In this document: positions 20,788 through 30,593 of the stretch, in pieces
Layout of the letters: each line of letters begins with the position of its first letter
Position numbering within the stretch: the stretch's first letter is position 1
The notes under the pieces: generated by a model
Database searches by the model: none
The model's input: only the letters and a program-made list of their open reading frames with translations
Told to the model about the DNA's origin: nothing
Assembly (NCBI GenBank): GCA_041665485.1
Contig: JBAYIT010000002.1
Coordinates: forward strand, 69,867-133,866
Direction of reading: 5' to 3'
Length of the DNA stretch: 64,000 nucleotides
Source: Candidatus Shapirobacteria bacterium
GTDB lineage: Bacteria > Patescibacteriota > Microgenomatia > UBA12405
Program-made: the position numbers and the translations under genes

Positions 20788-22367
20788 AGATGACCCGTTA
20801 TTATAACCAATTTTTGCCGTTCATAACCCAAGAAACTTGTCTCCTCTTCTGACTCCACCATAAATCCTCTAATTGTAATATTTTTTAAACAAGACTCATA
20901 TTCCGTATTCATCCCACTCCTAGCAGCAATCGTTACAAATTTTACCCGGTCTTTTGCTCTCAAATGTTTTTCCAACCTAAGTTTACTTTCCTCTTTGTAA
21001 TTCGAATTGTTTGTCATTTGACTATAGGCATTCTGGCCAATATTGAGCACCGGCAAATTAGTAAAAGGAGAGAGAACATAATAAGTCATCCCCCCAACCT
21101 CACAATTTAAATATATATCCGGTTTGTAAACCAAAGATTTATCGGCCTTAATCTTGCTTGCTAAAATATTTTTAAATTCCTTTGGATAACTTTCCCGGTT
21201 ATAAAAATACCCCGGCCGAAAGCCAATATCATAAGCCAAAGACAAGTTAACCACCCGCTTATTTTGAACCAAAAGTACCAAAAACAAAGGCAAAAACAAA
21301 AAATATCTCCAAGATTTATTTTGAAATTTTGAATAAATCAATAGAATTATTAAGCCTCCTAAATACTCCAGAATTAACCCATATCGTAAATAACCGAAAC
21401 TTAACCCCCAACCCAAAAAAGCCACTACATAAAAACTAACCAACCAAGATCGCGCCAAAAATAACGCTAAAATTGCCATTACAAAATAAATATTTATTTT
21501 GTAGTCATTAAACAAATCGTGGACTTGACCAAGTCTTGCCGGCTTTAAAGCCGAATAATAGCCCCACCCCAATCTTTGCCATAAATTTTCCCCACCAAAT
21601 TGAGGTTCATGAAAACTAACCGGAGCAAAATATTTAGATTTAAAAACCGCATTATAAAAAGGAAAAATCGGGCTACCCGTGACTAGCCAATTTTTGCCAT
21701 ACCACCACAGGGGCAACAACATTACTACTCCCAAAACCAACAATGCTTTCTTCGTGGCTATTTTCTTTTTAAACCACTGATACAACACCACCATCCCAAA
21801 GGCCGGAACCAAATATAAATTCGTTTGCTTCCCCGCCACCAACACTGATAGCAAAAAACCAGCCAAAAATAGATTGCCCTTAATTAACCAATAAACCACC
21901 CACAAGCCCGCCATCGCCACCAAGCCGTCAACATAATACGATCCAACTCCCAAAAATAGTTCAAACGACAAAAAACTACTTACCAATAGAAAAGTTGATC
22001 CCAAATCACCCAGAATTTTTCCCTTGTGGTTAAGTAATTTATATATTTTATAAATCGCCAAAATCCCCAAGTATATTGCCAGCACCGAAAAAAATGTTCC
22101 CAATCTATAGCCCAATAAAGCATTGAACCCAAAGCCTACCATATCCAAAATTGGCGAAAAGTTGTGAATCCCGGTCGGAAAAAATTCATATTTATTGTTT
22201 TCCCAATTAATACCCTTAAAACCTAAATACAAGTGATAATTCAACGAATCTGCCGACACATCGGGGATAAAAACTCGATTTAAAAAAATCAAAAAAGGGA
22301 TAGCTAAACCAAACACCAATAAAAAAAGTGACAACCACCACTCAAACTTTTTCAAAAACAATTTCAC
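20784..22367 (-). CDS. polytopic membrane protein, probable GT-C glycosyltransferase
   Basis: 527 aa, many TM segments. The loop after TM1 reads PDVSADSLNYHLYLGF. It pairs with the upstream GT2, giving a GtrB/GtrC-like arrangement. Confidence 0.45.
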   Translation of the reverse strand: MKLFLKKFEWWLSLFLLVFGLAIPFLIFLNRVFIPDVSADSLNYHLYLGFKGINWENNKYEFFPTGIHNFSPILDMVGFGFNALLGYRLGTFFSVLAIYLGILAIYKIYKLLNHKGKILGDLGSTFLLVSSFLSFELFLGVGSYYVDGLVAMAGLWVVYWLIKGNLFLAGFLLSVLVAGKQTNLYLVPAFGMVVLYQWFKKKIATKKALLVLGVVMLLPLWWYGKNWLVTGSPIFPFYNAVFKSKYFAPVSFHEPQFGGENLWQRLGWGYYSALKPARLGQVHDLFNDYKINIYFVMAILALFLARSWLVSFYVVAFLGWGLSFGYLRYGLILEYLGGLIILLIYSKFQNKSWRYFLFLPLFLVLLVQNKRVVNLSLAYDIGFRPGYFYNRESYPKEFKNILASKIKADKSLVYKPDIYLNCEVGGMTYYVLSPFTNLPVLNIGQNAYSQMTNNSNYKEESKLRLEKHLRAKDRVKFVTIAARSGMNTEYESCLKNITIRGFMVESEEETSFLGYERQKLVIITGHL

Positions 22368-22926
22368 TGTTTAATCCAAACTGAAACAATTTATAACTCA
22401 CCATTTTGAAACCAGTTTCCTTGGCTAATTTTACAACATCTTTTCTTTCGTAATATTTTTTATGATCGTCAATTTGAGCTTTATCAATTAACCCAATTTT
22501 AGCCATGAATTCCAACATCGGTTTAGATGGTGGAGTTGGTGTTGTCATAACCAAAAAACCGCCAGTCTTTAGCACCCTTCTAAATTGAGCAAATAAATCA
22601 CTTACTTTGTCCAAATCAATGTGTTCCAATACCGCCAACATCACTACCTTATTAAAACTATTTAGTTTTAGTTCATTCCAGATATTTTTATCTTGTTTTT
22701 TAAATTCTAAATTCTTAGATTTTTTTGGGTTTATCTCTAGGTCTATTCCCAATCCGTATCCAATCTTATCTGCAATTTTTCTCAAAAAATATCCCTGACT
22801 GCCACAGCCAAAATCCAACACCCTGTCTCCATTTTCAATATACTTTTCAACCCTTACCAGCCTCATTCCAGCAATTAACCTGTCTAATACGTTGAAAGCT
22901 TCCGTGCTCATAGGAGATGCTATCAT
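22342..22926 (-). CDS. class I SAM-dependent methyltransferase
   Basis: VLDFGCGSQGYF motif I. 194 aa. First gene of the long minus-strand operon. Confidence 0.65.
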   Translation of the reverse strand: MIASPMSTEAFNVLDRLIAGMRLVRVEKYIENGDRVLDFGCGSQGYFLRKIADKIGYGLGIDLEINPKKSKNLEFKKQDKNIWNELKLNSFNKVVMLAVLEHIDLDKVSDLFAQFRRVLKTGGFLVMTTPTPPSKPMLEFMAKIGLIDKAQIDDHKKYYERKDVVKLAKETGFKMVSYKLFQFGLNSEIVFEKV

Positions 22927-22931
22927 AAATC

Positions 22932-23489
22932 ATGACATTCACCACCCTCTCCCTCCCCGGATTAATCTTAATTGAACCTCAAGTTTTTGGAGATAATCGA
23001 GGCTTCTTTTTAGAAAGTTATAACGCCAAAGTTTTTGCCGAAAACGGAATTACCACCCAATTTATTCAAGACAATCATTCACAATCCCAAAACAACATTC
23101 TTCGCGGTCTACATCTTCAACTCCCTCCTTTTGCCCAAACCAAATTAGTCCGAGTCACTCGTGGCCAAGTCTTGGACGTTGTTGTTGATGCCCGCCCAAA
23201 TTCTCCTACTTACAAAAAATTTGAAATGGTGGAGCTTTCTGAAAGCAACAAACGCCAGCTTTATATCCCAGCCGGATTCCTTCATGGTTTTCTCACCCAA
23301 AGCCCGATTGTCGACTTTCAGTACAAAGTAGATAACTACTATTCTAAAGAGTCGGAAATCGGTGTTCTCTGGAACGACCCGGATATTAATATTTCCTGGC
23401 CCGCAAACAATCCAGAGCTATCTGCCAAGGATGCCATTAATCCGAGAATTGCTGAAGTTGAAGAAAAATTATCTATTTTCAAAAACTAA
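22932..23489 (+). CDS. rfbC: dTDP-4-dehydrorhamnose 3,5-epimerase
   Basis: IEPQVFGDNRGFFLESYN, catalytic His/Tyr context (NILRGLHLQ, YIPAGFLHGF) and YSKESEIGVLWNDPDINISWP are the RmlC signature. Confidence 0.9.
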   Translation: MTFTTLSLPGLILIEPQVFGDNRGFFLESYNAKVFAENGITTQFIQDNHSQSQNNILRGLHLQLPPFAQTKLVRVTRGQVLDVVVDARPNSPTYKKFEMVELSESNKRQLYIPAGFLHGFLTQSPIVDFQYKVDNYYSKESEIGVLWNDPDINISWPANNPELSAKDAINPRIAEVEEKLSIFKN

Positions 23490-23490
23490 A

Positions 23491-24378
23491 ATGAAAATAA
23501 TTGGCACCGGCCTTTCCGGGCTCGTCGGTTCAAGAATTGTTGAAATATTGGGCAATCAACATCAATTTATTGATTTTTCACTCGACAGCGGAGTGGATAT
23601 CCTCAATCAAAAACAACTCCAAGATGAATTCCAAAAACATCTTGACGCCTCTTTAGTTATCCATCTTGCCGCTTTTACCGATACTAATATTGCCTGGGCG
23701 CAAAGAGGGGACAAATCCGGCCTCTGTTACCAGCTTAATGTAATTGGAACCCAAAACATCGCCAACCTCTGCCAAGAACACAAGAAATATCTTATTTACG
23801 TCTCCACCGATTTTGTTTTCGACGGCGCCACCAATAAACCCTACACCGAAGACGATTTACCAAATCCAATCGAATGGTACGGCCAAACCAAATTCGAAGG
23901 AGAAAAAGTAGTCTCCCAATTAACCGATTCCGCCATCACCCGCATCTCTTTTCCCTATCGTGCTGTTTTCGCCCCAAAAAAAGATTTAATCAGAAAAATT
24001 ATTGACGGCTTTAAAAACAATAGTTTGAATCCATTTTTTACTGACCAAATTACCACTCCAACCTTTACGGACGATATCGCCAATGGCCTCGATTATTTCT
24101 TTAAAAACAAACCACAAGGCACATTCCACCTCACTGGATCGTCTTCACAGTCGCCCTTCGATCTCGCCAACGCTATTGCCCAAATTTTCGGTTTCGACCC
24201 AAGCCTAATCAGGCCTTCACTTCTTTCCGAATATATTAAAAACCAACCGCCCGAATCCCGCCCATGGCAAAAAAATCTTACCATTGACAACACCAAAATC
24301 ACTTCTCTTGGTCTCAATTTTTCCGATTTGTCTCAAGGGTTAGAGAAAATCAAAGAGCAGCTTCAGACGCTTTCTTAG
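23491..24378 (+). CDS. rfbD: dTDP-4-dehydrorhamnose reductase
   Basis: [18 protein letters not shown] Rossmann GxxGxx[16 protein letters not shown] (YxxxK). Start chosen at 23491 (ATG 1 nt after the rfbC stop), not the longer in-frame ORF starting at 23362, which overlaps rfbC. Confidence 0.85.
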   Translation: MKIIGTGLSGLVGSRIVEILGNQHQFIDFSLDSGVDILNQKQLQDEFQKHLDASLVIHLAAFTDTNIAWAQRGDKSGLCYQLNVIGTQNIANLCQEHKKYLIYVSTDFVFDGATNKPYTEDDLPNPIEWYGQTKFEGEKVVSQLTDSAITRISFPYRAVFAPKKDLIRKIIDGFKNNSLNPFFTDQITTPTFTDDIANGLDYFFKNKPQGTFHLTGSSSQSPFDLANAIAQIFGFDPSLIRPSLLSEYIKNQPPESRPWQKNLTIDNTKITSLGLNFSDLSQGLEKIKEQLQTLS

Positions 24379-25072
24379 CCATAAAATTACTTACCCGCAA
24401 CAAAGAATCAAATGTCCCAGCGTCTTCCCAGACACCATCAATAATATTTACTGTCAACTCACTACTTTGCAAATAAATATTGTTAAGATCGGTAATTTCT
24501 AATTCTCCCCGGGCCGATGGTTGCAAATCTTTGGCAAATTTGACCACTCGATTGTCATAAGTATAAAGGCCGACTACGGCATAGTCACTTTTTGGTTTAA
24601 TAGGTTTTTCTTCAATTGAAATTGCCCTCATTTCTTTATCAAACTCAACTACTCCAAACCTCTCCGGATCTGGAACTTTTTTTGCAAACACCATAGCGCC
24701 ATTGTTAAAAGTTTTTATAGCTTCCGAAAAATCATCCTCAAATATATTATCTCCCAAAATCATGGTTACATTATCGTTACCAATAAAGTTCTCTCCGATT
24801 CTAAAAGCGTCAGCCAACCCTCTCGGTTCTTCCTGAATTTCATAAGAAAACTTAACCCCAAAATCTCTCCCCGATCCTAATAAGTTCAAAAAATGACCGG
24901 AATAATCGGGGGCGATAATTATTAAGATGTCCTTAATACCCGCTTTAGCTAAAGTTTCAATCGGATAATAAATCATCGGTTTGTTGTAAACCGGCAGTAA
25001 CTGTTTTGAGGTGATTTTGGTTAACGGCCTCAACCGAGTGGCTTTCCCACCAGCCAAAACTATACCTTTCAT
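24350..25072 (-). CDS. rfbA: glucose-1-phosphate thymidylyltransferase (short form)
   Basis: [41 protein letters not shown] is the RmlA N-terminal signature. 240 aa. Confidence 0.85.
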   Translation of the reverse strand: MKGIVLAGGKATRLRPLTKITSKQLLPVYNKPMIYYPIETLAKAGIKDILIIIAPDYSGHFLNLLGSGRDFGVKFSYEIQEEPRGLADAFRIGENFIGNDNVTMILGDNIFEDDFSEAIKTFNNGAMVFAKKVPDPERFGVVEFDKEMRAISIEEKPIKPKSDYAVVGLYTYDNRVVKFAKDLQPSARGELEITDLNNIYLQSSELTVNIIDGVWEDAGTFDSLLRVSNFMAKKASEAAL

Positions 25073-25094
25073 TATCTTAGTATATACTTAAATC

Positions 25095-26108
25095 ATGAAA
25101 CTTTTAATCACCGGCGGTCTTGGTTTTATTGGCACCAATTTTATTCGTTATTGGATAACCAAACACCCAAACGATCAAATCATAAACCTCGATAAAATTA
25201 CCTACGCTGCCAACCCCGACAATCTGGCTAATTTATCAACCAACCCCAACTATAAGTTTATCAAGGGAGATATTGTTGATCAGGAGGTTGTCGACGATCT
25301 TGTTTCCCAAGTTGACACTATTGTCCATTTTGCCGCTGAATCGCACGTTGACCGCTCAATCGACGACCCTCTCCTTTTTGTTAAAACCAATGTTTTGGGA
25401 ACATACTCTCTTCTTAAAGCTGCCCTAAAACAAAAGACTCGTTTTCATCACATCTCCACCGACGAAGTTTATGGTACCGTCGACCCAAATACCAACGAAG
25501 AGTTTTCTGAAATCACATCCTTTAACCCAACTTCACCATACGCCGCCTCCAAAGCTAGTTCTGATCTTTTTGCCCTTTCTTTTTACAAAACTTACGGCCT
25601 GCCTTTAACCATTACCAATTGCTCAAACAACTACGGCCCCTACCAAAATCCGGAAAAATTTATTCCCCGTCTTATCACAAATATTTTGTCCGATAAAAAA
25701 ATACCCGTTTATGGTCGAGGAGAGAATCTTCGCGACTGGCTTTTTGTTGACGATCATTGCTCTGCCATCGAAACTGTTTTATTAAAAGGAAAAATAGGAG
25801 AAACATACTGCATTGGTGGGCTAAAAGAAGCTACTAGAAATATTGACATTGTTAAAAAAGTTTTAACCATTATGGGTAGGGGAGAGGAAATGATCGAATA
25901 TGTTGCCGACAGGCCAGCTCACGACAACTATCGTGTTTCTTGGAAAAAAATCAATCAAGAGCTCGGTTGGCAACCAAAAGAATCACTCGAGTCAGGGCTA
26001 ACAAAAACTATTAAGTGGTATACCGAAAATCAGGACTGGTGGCAAAAATCAAAAGCCGAAGCCGAACAGTTTTATCAAAAACTAAACAACTACCAAAACC
26101 TGAAATGA
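25095..26108 (+). CDS. rfbB: dTDP-glucose 4,6-dehydratase
   Basis: MKLLITGGLGFIGTNFIRY, HFAAESHVDRS, ISTDEVYG, YAASKASSD (YxxxK) are the RmlB SDR motifs. Confidence 0.9.
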   Translation: MKLLITGGLGFIGTNFIRYWITKHPNDQIINLDKITYAANPDNLANLSTNPNYKFIKGDIVDQEVVDDLVSQVDTIVHFAAESHVDRSIDDPLLFVKTNVLGTYSLLKAALKQKTRFHHISTDEVYGTVDPNTNEEFSEITSFNPTSPYAASKASSDLFALSFYKTYGLPLTITNCSNNYGPYQNPEKFIPRLITNILSDKKIPVYGRGENLRDWLFVDDHCSAIETVLLKGKIGETYCIGGLKEATRNIDIVKKVLTIMGRGEEMIEYVADRPAHDNYRVSWKKINQELGWQPKESLESGLTKTIKWYTENQDWWQKSKAEAEQFYQKLNNYQNLK

Positions 26109-27517
26109 CCGTGCTAAAGACTATTTTATCGGTTTCTATAATTCTCCTCTTCCTCTTTCTCCGTTTTTACAAAATCCAAAACTCTCTTTTCTTTTTTAAC
26201 GACATGGGCCGGGACATGTTGGTTTTATATACTTGGCAGGAAACCGGCAAACCTCCTCTTTTGGGCCCTCAAACCAGCGCCCTCCCTTTCAATCAATCGG
26301 CTATCTATTTTTACATCCTTTTCCCCTTCTATTTACTCACCAACGCCTCGCCCTACACCGCCCTTATCGCCAACGCTTTTCTCTACATCTCCTCTTTTAT
26401 CTTCAGTCTTTATTTTTTCCGCAACAATCCAAAATCTAGTTTCTTGTTACTAGTATCTTTTTTTCTCATAAGTGTCCACCCTCAATTTATTATCCAAAAC
26501 CGTTACATCTGGAACCCTTCGTTTGTCACTCCATTTTTACTTCCATCACTTTTATCTTTCTATCTCCTCAGCCAAAAATATTCAAAAATATATTTATGGC
26601 TTTTTTCTTTTAGTCTGAGCATGGCTCTTTCTTTAAGCTATTCTATCGCTCCACTTTTTATTGCCCTTATTGTTACTTCTCTTTTTATTTTCAAACAAAA
26701 AATTATTTCCATTCTTTTTTCTCTTGGAACTTCCCTTGCCATTATCAATCTACCCACTATTTTTTTTGAATTTCGCCATCAGTTCCTCTTAACCACTGCC
26801 CTATTAACCAAACATTCGCCACCTCAAGCCGACACAGAATTCTTATCTAAATTAAACAATCTCCTAACGTTTACCGTTGGTAGCTCCAGTTACTTACTAA
26901 ACTTAATCATCTTAATTTTAATCATCACCACTTCGCTCTTCTTTATTTTTAAATCTAAAAGCCATTTCCAAAAACTCATATCAATACTTCTCCTTATTAC
27001 CTTAGCTTTTACATTTCTAATTCCCATAACCATCCAAGCCCACTATATCTTTGGTATTTTAATCCTATTTTTTCTACTTTTAGCCTCAGTTCCCTTTCCT
27101 TATTCGCTTTTAATTTTAATTACTTCTAGCTTAATTTATTTCCAGCCATCTCACCTTAATTCTTATTTCAAAACTGCCCCCAGAACCATTACTCAAACCA
27201 ATCAATGTTTTCAACAGTTTTGCCAAAAATATCCCAAACCACTATTTGTCACTGTCACCTCAAGTCTTCATCCTTACCATTACGGCCCGGAATTTCGATA
27301 TCTAATGGCCAAAAACGGTTGCCTAGTTAGAAACATAGAATCACAACCATCTAGCGCCAATACCATGGCTGTCGTTCTCGATTCTGCCACCTTTTCTCAA
27401 AAAACTCACTATTATGAACTCGATCTTTTTGGCCCATTTTCTCTTGGCTCTACTTTCCCTTGCGCCCCCAACCTTGGCATTCAATTAATCACCAGGTCTA
27501 ATAACTCCATCCCTTAG
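26105..27517 (+). CDS. polytopic membrane protein, Pro-rich, unknown function (possible glycan polymerase or GT-C)
   Basis: Start placed at ATG 26105, overlapping the rfbB stop (ATGA). About 12 TM segments, no recognisable motif. Confidence 0.35.
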   Translation: MTVLKTILSVSIILLFLFLRFYKIQNSLFFFNDMGRDMLVLYTWQETGKPPLLGPQTSALPFNQSAIYFYILFPFYLLTNASPYTALIANAFLYISSFIFSLYFFRNNPKSSFLLLVSFFLISVHPQFIIQNRYIWNPSFVTPFLLPSLLSFYLLSQKYSKIYLWLFSFSLSMALSLSYSIAPLFIALIVTSLFIFKQKIISILFSLGTSLAIINLPTIFFEFRHQFLLTTALLTKHSPPQADTEFLSKLNNLLTFTVGSSSYLLNLIILILIITTSLFFIFKSKSHFQKLISILLLITLAFTFLIPITIQAHYIFGILILFFLLLASVPFPYSLLILITSSLIYFQPSHLNSYFKTAPRTITQTNQCFQQFCQKYPKPLFVTVTSSLHPYHYGPEFRYLMAKNGCLVRNIESQPSSANTMAVVLDSATFSQKTHYYELDLFGPFSLGSTFPCAPNLGIQLITRSNNSIP

Positions 27518-28505
27518 GTTTATTTTTATACCAAGTTACTAACGCTTTTACACTATCTTCAATCGTTCTTTTTGGCACCCAACCCAAAACAGATTTTACT
27601 TTATCGATATTAGCGTAAATTTCAGCGTATTCTCCCTTCCTTGCTTCACCTCTTTCTATTGGAAAGTCAGTTCCTGTTATCGCTTTCACCTGATTAACAA
27701 TTTCCATTACCGAATTTCCTCTACCTGTTCCCAAATTAAACAATTGACTCTCTCCACCATTACTTAAATATTCAAAAGCCAAAACATGAGCTTCGGCTAA
27801 ATCCAAAACATTAATGTAATCTCTAATTGGTGTTGTATCCGGCGTTTCCACTTGGGGGCAAGTTAGTTTAAACGGCTCAATTCCCAAGGCCCCTCGCACC
27901 GCATTTTGCATTAGTAGTTGCGATGGTTTTTTGCTATCGCCAATTATGCCATCTTCTACCGCCCCAGCCACGTTGAAATATCTAAAAATCGTGTATTTTA
28001 AACCATATATCTTTCCGAACCATCTAATCATTTCTTCGGCAATTAGTTTTGATTCACCATAAGGATTACTAGGATTAGTCGGATGCTTTTCATCCACTGG
28101 CAGATACTGACTCTCGCCGTAAACGGCGCAAGTTGAGGAAAAAACCAAGTTCTTAACATTGTTATTTTTAAGTGCGTTTAATAAGTTTAGCGTCCCCAAA
28201 TCATTATTTTCAAAATACAATTCCGGCTGTTCCATCGATTCATTCACCAAACATAGCGCCGCAAAATGCAATACTCCTGCTGGGCTAATTTCCTTAATTA
28301 TTTCATCTAATTTTTGCTTTTCTCTTAAGTCAACTTTATAAAAACTAATTTTTTCCTTACCGTACTTTTTCAGCAAAACATCAATTACTTCCTGATAACC
28401 TCGAAACAAATTATCAATCACCGCCACTTCGTAACCCTTCTCTAATAACGTCAAAACAGTATGTGATCCAATGTAACCCGCTCCTCCGGTAACTAAAATT
28501 TTCAT
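27498..28505 (-). CDS. galE: UDP-glucose 4-epimerase
   Basis: MKILVTGGAGYIGSHTV, SSTCAVYG, YGESKLIAE (YxxxK), and length 335 aa fit GalE. Confidence 0.85.
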   Translation of the reverse strand: MKILVTGGAGYIGSHTVLTLLEKGYEVAVIDNLFRGYQEVIDVLLKKYGKEKISFYKVDLREKQKLDEIIKEISPAGVLHFAALCLVNESMEQPELYFENNDLGTLNLLNALKNNNVKNLVFSSTCAVYGESQYLPVDEKHPTNPSNPYGESKLIAEEMIRWFGKIYGLKYTIFRYFNVAGAVEDGIIGDSKKPSQLLMQNAVRGALGIEPFKLTCPQVETPDTTPIRDYINVLDLAEAHVLAFEYLSNGGESQLFNLGTGRGNSVMEIVNQVKAITGTDFPIERGEARKGEYAEIYANIDKVKSVLGWVPKRTIEDSVKALVTWYKNKPKGWSY

Positions 28506-28508
28506 AAT

Positions 28509-29438
28509 TTATTTAATTAATAAAAATACTCCGCCAATTAATGCCCCGATTATCCCCATTACTCCGCCAAAGGTCGACACCAGTAAAATCTTTTCATCAG
28601 CAATTCCTAATTGAGAAAAGAAAAATAAAAACAATTGCTCTCTGGCTCCGAAGCCAGCCACTGATATTGGTAAAACTAAAATCAATGATATTACCGGCAT
28701 AAAAATGTAGACATCTAAAAGTCCAATCCCAGCCTTAAAAACCAACGAATAAAACCATACTGGCAACATCCAAATTGGTTCGGCCAAAAGCGATATTAAA
28801 AGGCATTTAAAAATTTTCCTTTTATTTTCTGCTCTTAATAAGCTAACTACCTGCATTATTCTTTTACCAAACGGCAATTTCATCACTAACTTCTCAAAAT
28901 CAACCAAGTAGACAAATAAATAAAAACCGATTACTCCAATGTTTAAAGCTCCAAATAGCCATAATAAAAATTCCGGAAATTTATACCCCAAAATCTTTCC
29001 TGCCACCAAGGCCACTAAAGCCACTATCGAAAAAGCCGTAAAGCCAATTACTCGATCAATGATCACCGAAGAGGCAATTCTTACTTTTGACAATTCCGGA
29101 TATTTTTCAATTAGTGGCAACCATTTAAATAAATCACCTCCCACCGCCGTTGGAAACACTAAACTATAAAAACCCCCGCCCCAAGTTGCTTTAGTAAAAG
29201 TCCAATAATCGGCAAACTTTGGTTTATCGAGCAGAAGCGTTGCCCATCTAATCCCGCCAATCAACATTATTACCGACGAATACACCAAAAACAACACCAC
29301 AAACCAAATCGGCACTAATCTCAGTTCACCAATCAAATGCACCACATTCACTCTCCTAAAAGCAAAATATATTAAAACTGCCGAAAAAATCAATCTTATC
29401 CACTTTGACCCCAAAACAATTTTTAGTTTATCTTTCAT
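28509..29438 (-). CDS. flippase-like membrane protein (LPG_synthase_TM/UPF0104 family)
   Basis: 309 aa, 8 TM segments. The N-terminus (KIVLGSKWIRLIFSAVLIYFAFRRVNV..GGIRWATLL) is typical of PF03706 proteins that flank glycosyltransferases. Confidence 0.5.
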   Translation of the reverse strand: MKDKLKIVLGSKWIRLIFSAVLIYFAFRRVNVVHLIGELRLVPIWFVVLFLVYSSVIMLIGGIRWATLLLDKPKFADYWTFTKATWGGGFYSLVFPTAVGGDLFKWLPLIEKYPELSKVRIASSVIIDRVIGFTAFSIVALVALVAGKILGYKFPEFLLWLFGALNIGVIGFYLFVYLVDFEKLVMKLPFGKRIMQVVSLLRAENKRKIFKCLLISLLAEPIWMLPVWFYSLVFKAGIGLLDVYIFMPVISLILVLPISVAGFGAREQLFLFFFSQLGIADEKILLVSTFGGVMGIIGALIGGVFLLIK

Positions 29439-29465
29439 AAAAGCTAACCTATACTATATCAGTAT

Positions 29466-30593
29466 ATGCGACTTTTGTTTGTTTCTCACATCCACCCACC
29501 TGGAGTTGACGGTGGCTCAAAAATAATCTGGAAACTAAGAGATTATTTCCAAAATAACGGCCACCAAACCTTGTCCCTGGCCACCAATCTTTATTCTACT
29601 GATGATTTTGTTAGATCCAACCCTAAAGCTAACAAGTTTACTCAAAACAATCTCTTTCTTCTTCCGACCTATCGCCTCCATCGCCGTCTCCCCAAACCGG
29701 TTTTTAAGATTGCTTCTTTTATCAAGTTTCTAGTTTCTTGTTTCAAGTTCCGCCCTGATTTCATAGTTGCTGGCCCACTCCCCACTACTATTATTTTTTA
29801 CGCCATCTTAATAAAGTTTTTAACTAGAGCAAAATTAATTTTTATTCCTTGCTTCCACGAAAAAGATTCAGAATTCACCTCCCTTTTTATCATCAAAGCC
29901 CTCCGCCAAGTCGATCTTCTCTGCACCCTCACCCACCACGAAGTTTCTGTTCTAACTAGGAACTATCATCTAAAATCTAACAACTGTTTTGTATTAGGCG
30001 CAGGCATCGACCACTCTTTTCTTATCAGTAAATTCACTAAGCCCAAAAAACAAAATTTATTATTTCTTGGCAACTTTGCCGCTCATAAACAAGCCGAACT
30101 TCTCATCAAATCATTTGCTATTCTCTTAGCCAAATATCCCCATCTCACCCTTACTCTAGCCGGCCAAAAAACTCTCTACTACCCTAAAATTTTAGCAACT
30201 CTCAAAAAACTCCCTCTCTCAATTCGTCAAAAAATTAAAATATATCCTAAACGCTATAGCACTAGCGCACTAGCGCACTTCCTATCTAATTGCTCTTTTC
30301 TAGTTCTACCCTCAATTCACGAAAGTTTTGGTTTGGTTTTCATTGAGGCTCTCGCCCGTGGCCGAGCGGTTATTGGCGCCGATATTGGACCGGTTTCGGA
30401 ACTTATTGCCCAAACCGGTGGTGGTCTTACTTTCAAACCCAAATCAATTCCTTCGCTTACTAAAGCCATTTCTAAACTTCTTAGTTCACCCGTTCTTTCT
30501 CAAAAAATGGCCCAAACCGGATATCAATACATCAAAGATCACTACACTTGGGATAAAATAGGGGACAGGCTATGCCAAAAAATCGCATGTTAG
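29466..30593 (+). CDS. glycosyltransferase, GT4-like
   Basis: C-terminal IHESFGLVFIEALARGRAVIGADIGPVSELI is the GT4 E-x7-E motif. Contains an internal 8-mer tandem duplication at 30261-30279. Confidence 0.7.
   Translation: MRLLFVSHIHPPGVDGGSKIIWKLRDYFQNNGHQTLSLATNLYSTDDFVRSNPKANKFTQNNLFLLPTYRLHRRLPKPVFKIASFIKFLVSCFKFRPDFIVAGPLPTTIIFYAILIKFLTRAKLIFIPCFHEKDSEFTSLFIIKALRQVDLLCTLTHHEVSVLTRNYHLKSNNCFVLGAGIDHSFLISKFTKPKKQNLLFLGNFAAHKQAELLIKSFAILLAKYPHLTLTLAGQKTLYYPKILATLKKLPLSIRQKIKIYPKRYSTSALAHFLSNCSFLVLPSIHESFGLVFIEALARGRAVIGADIGPVSELIAQTGGGLTFKPKSIPSLTKAISKLLSSPVLSQKMAQTGYQYIKDHYTWDKIGDRLCQKIAC

Noticed and set aside
23362-24378. Long version of rfbD starting at 23362 and overlapping rfbC by 128 nt
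   Set aside because: The conserved Rossmann N-terminus [13 protein letters not shown] begins at ATG 23491, 1 nt after the rfbC stop. The upstream extension (MFSGTTRILIFPG...) is an out-of-context read-through of the rfbC 3' region.
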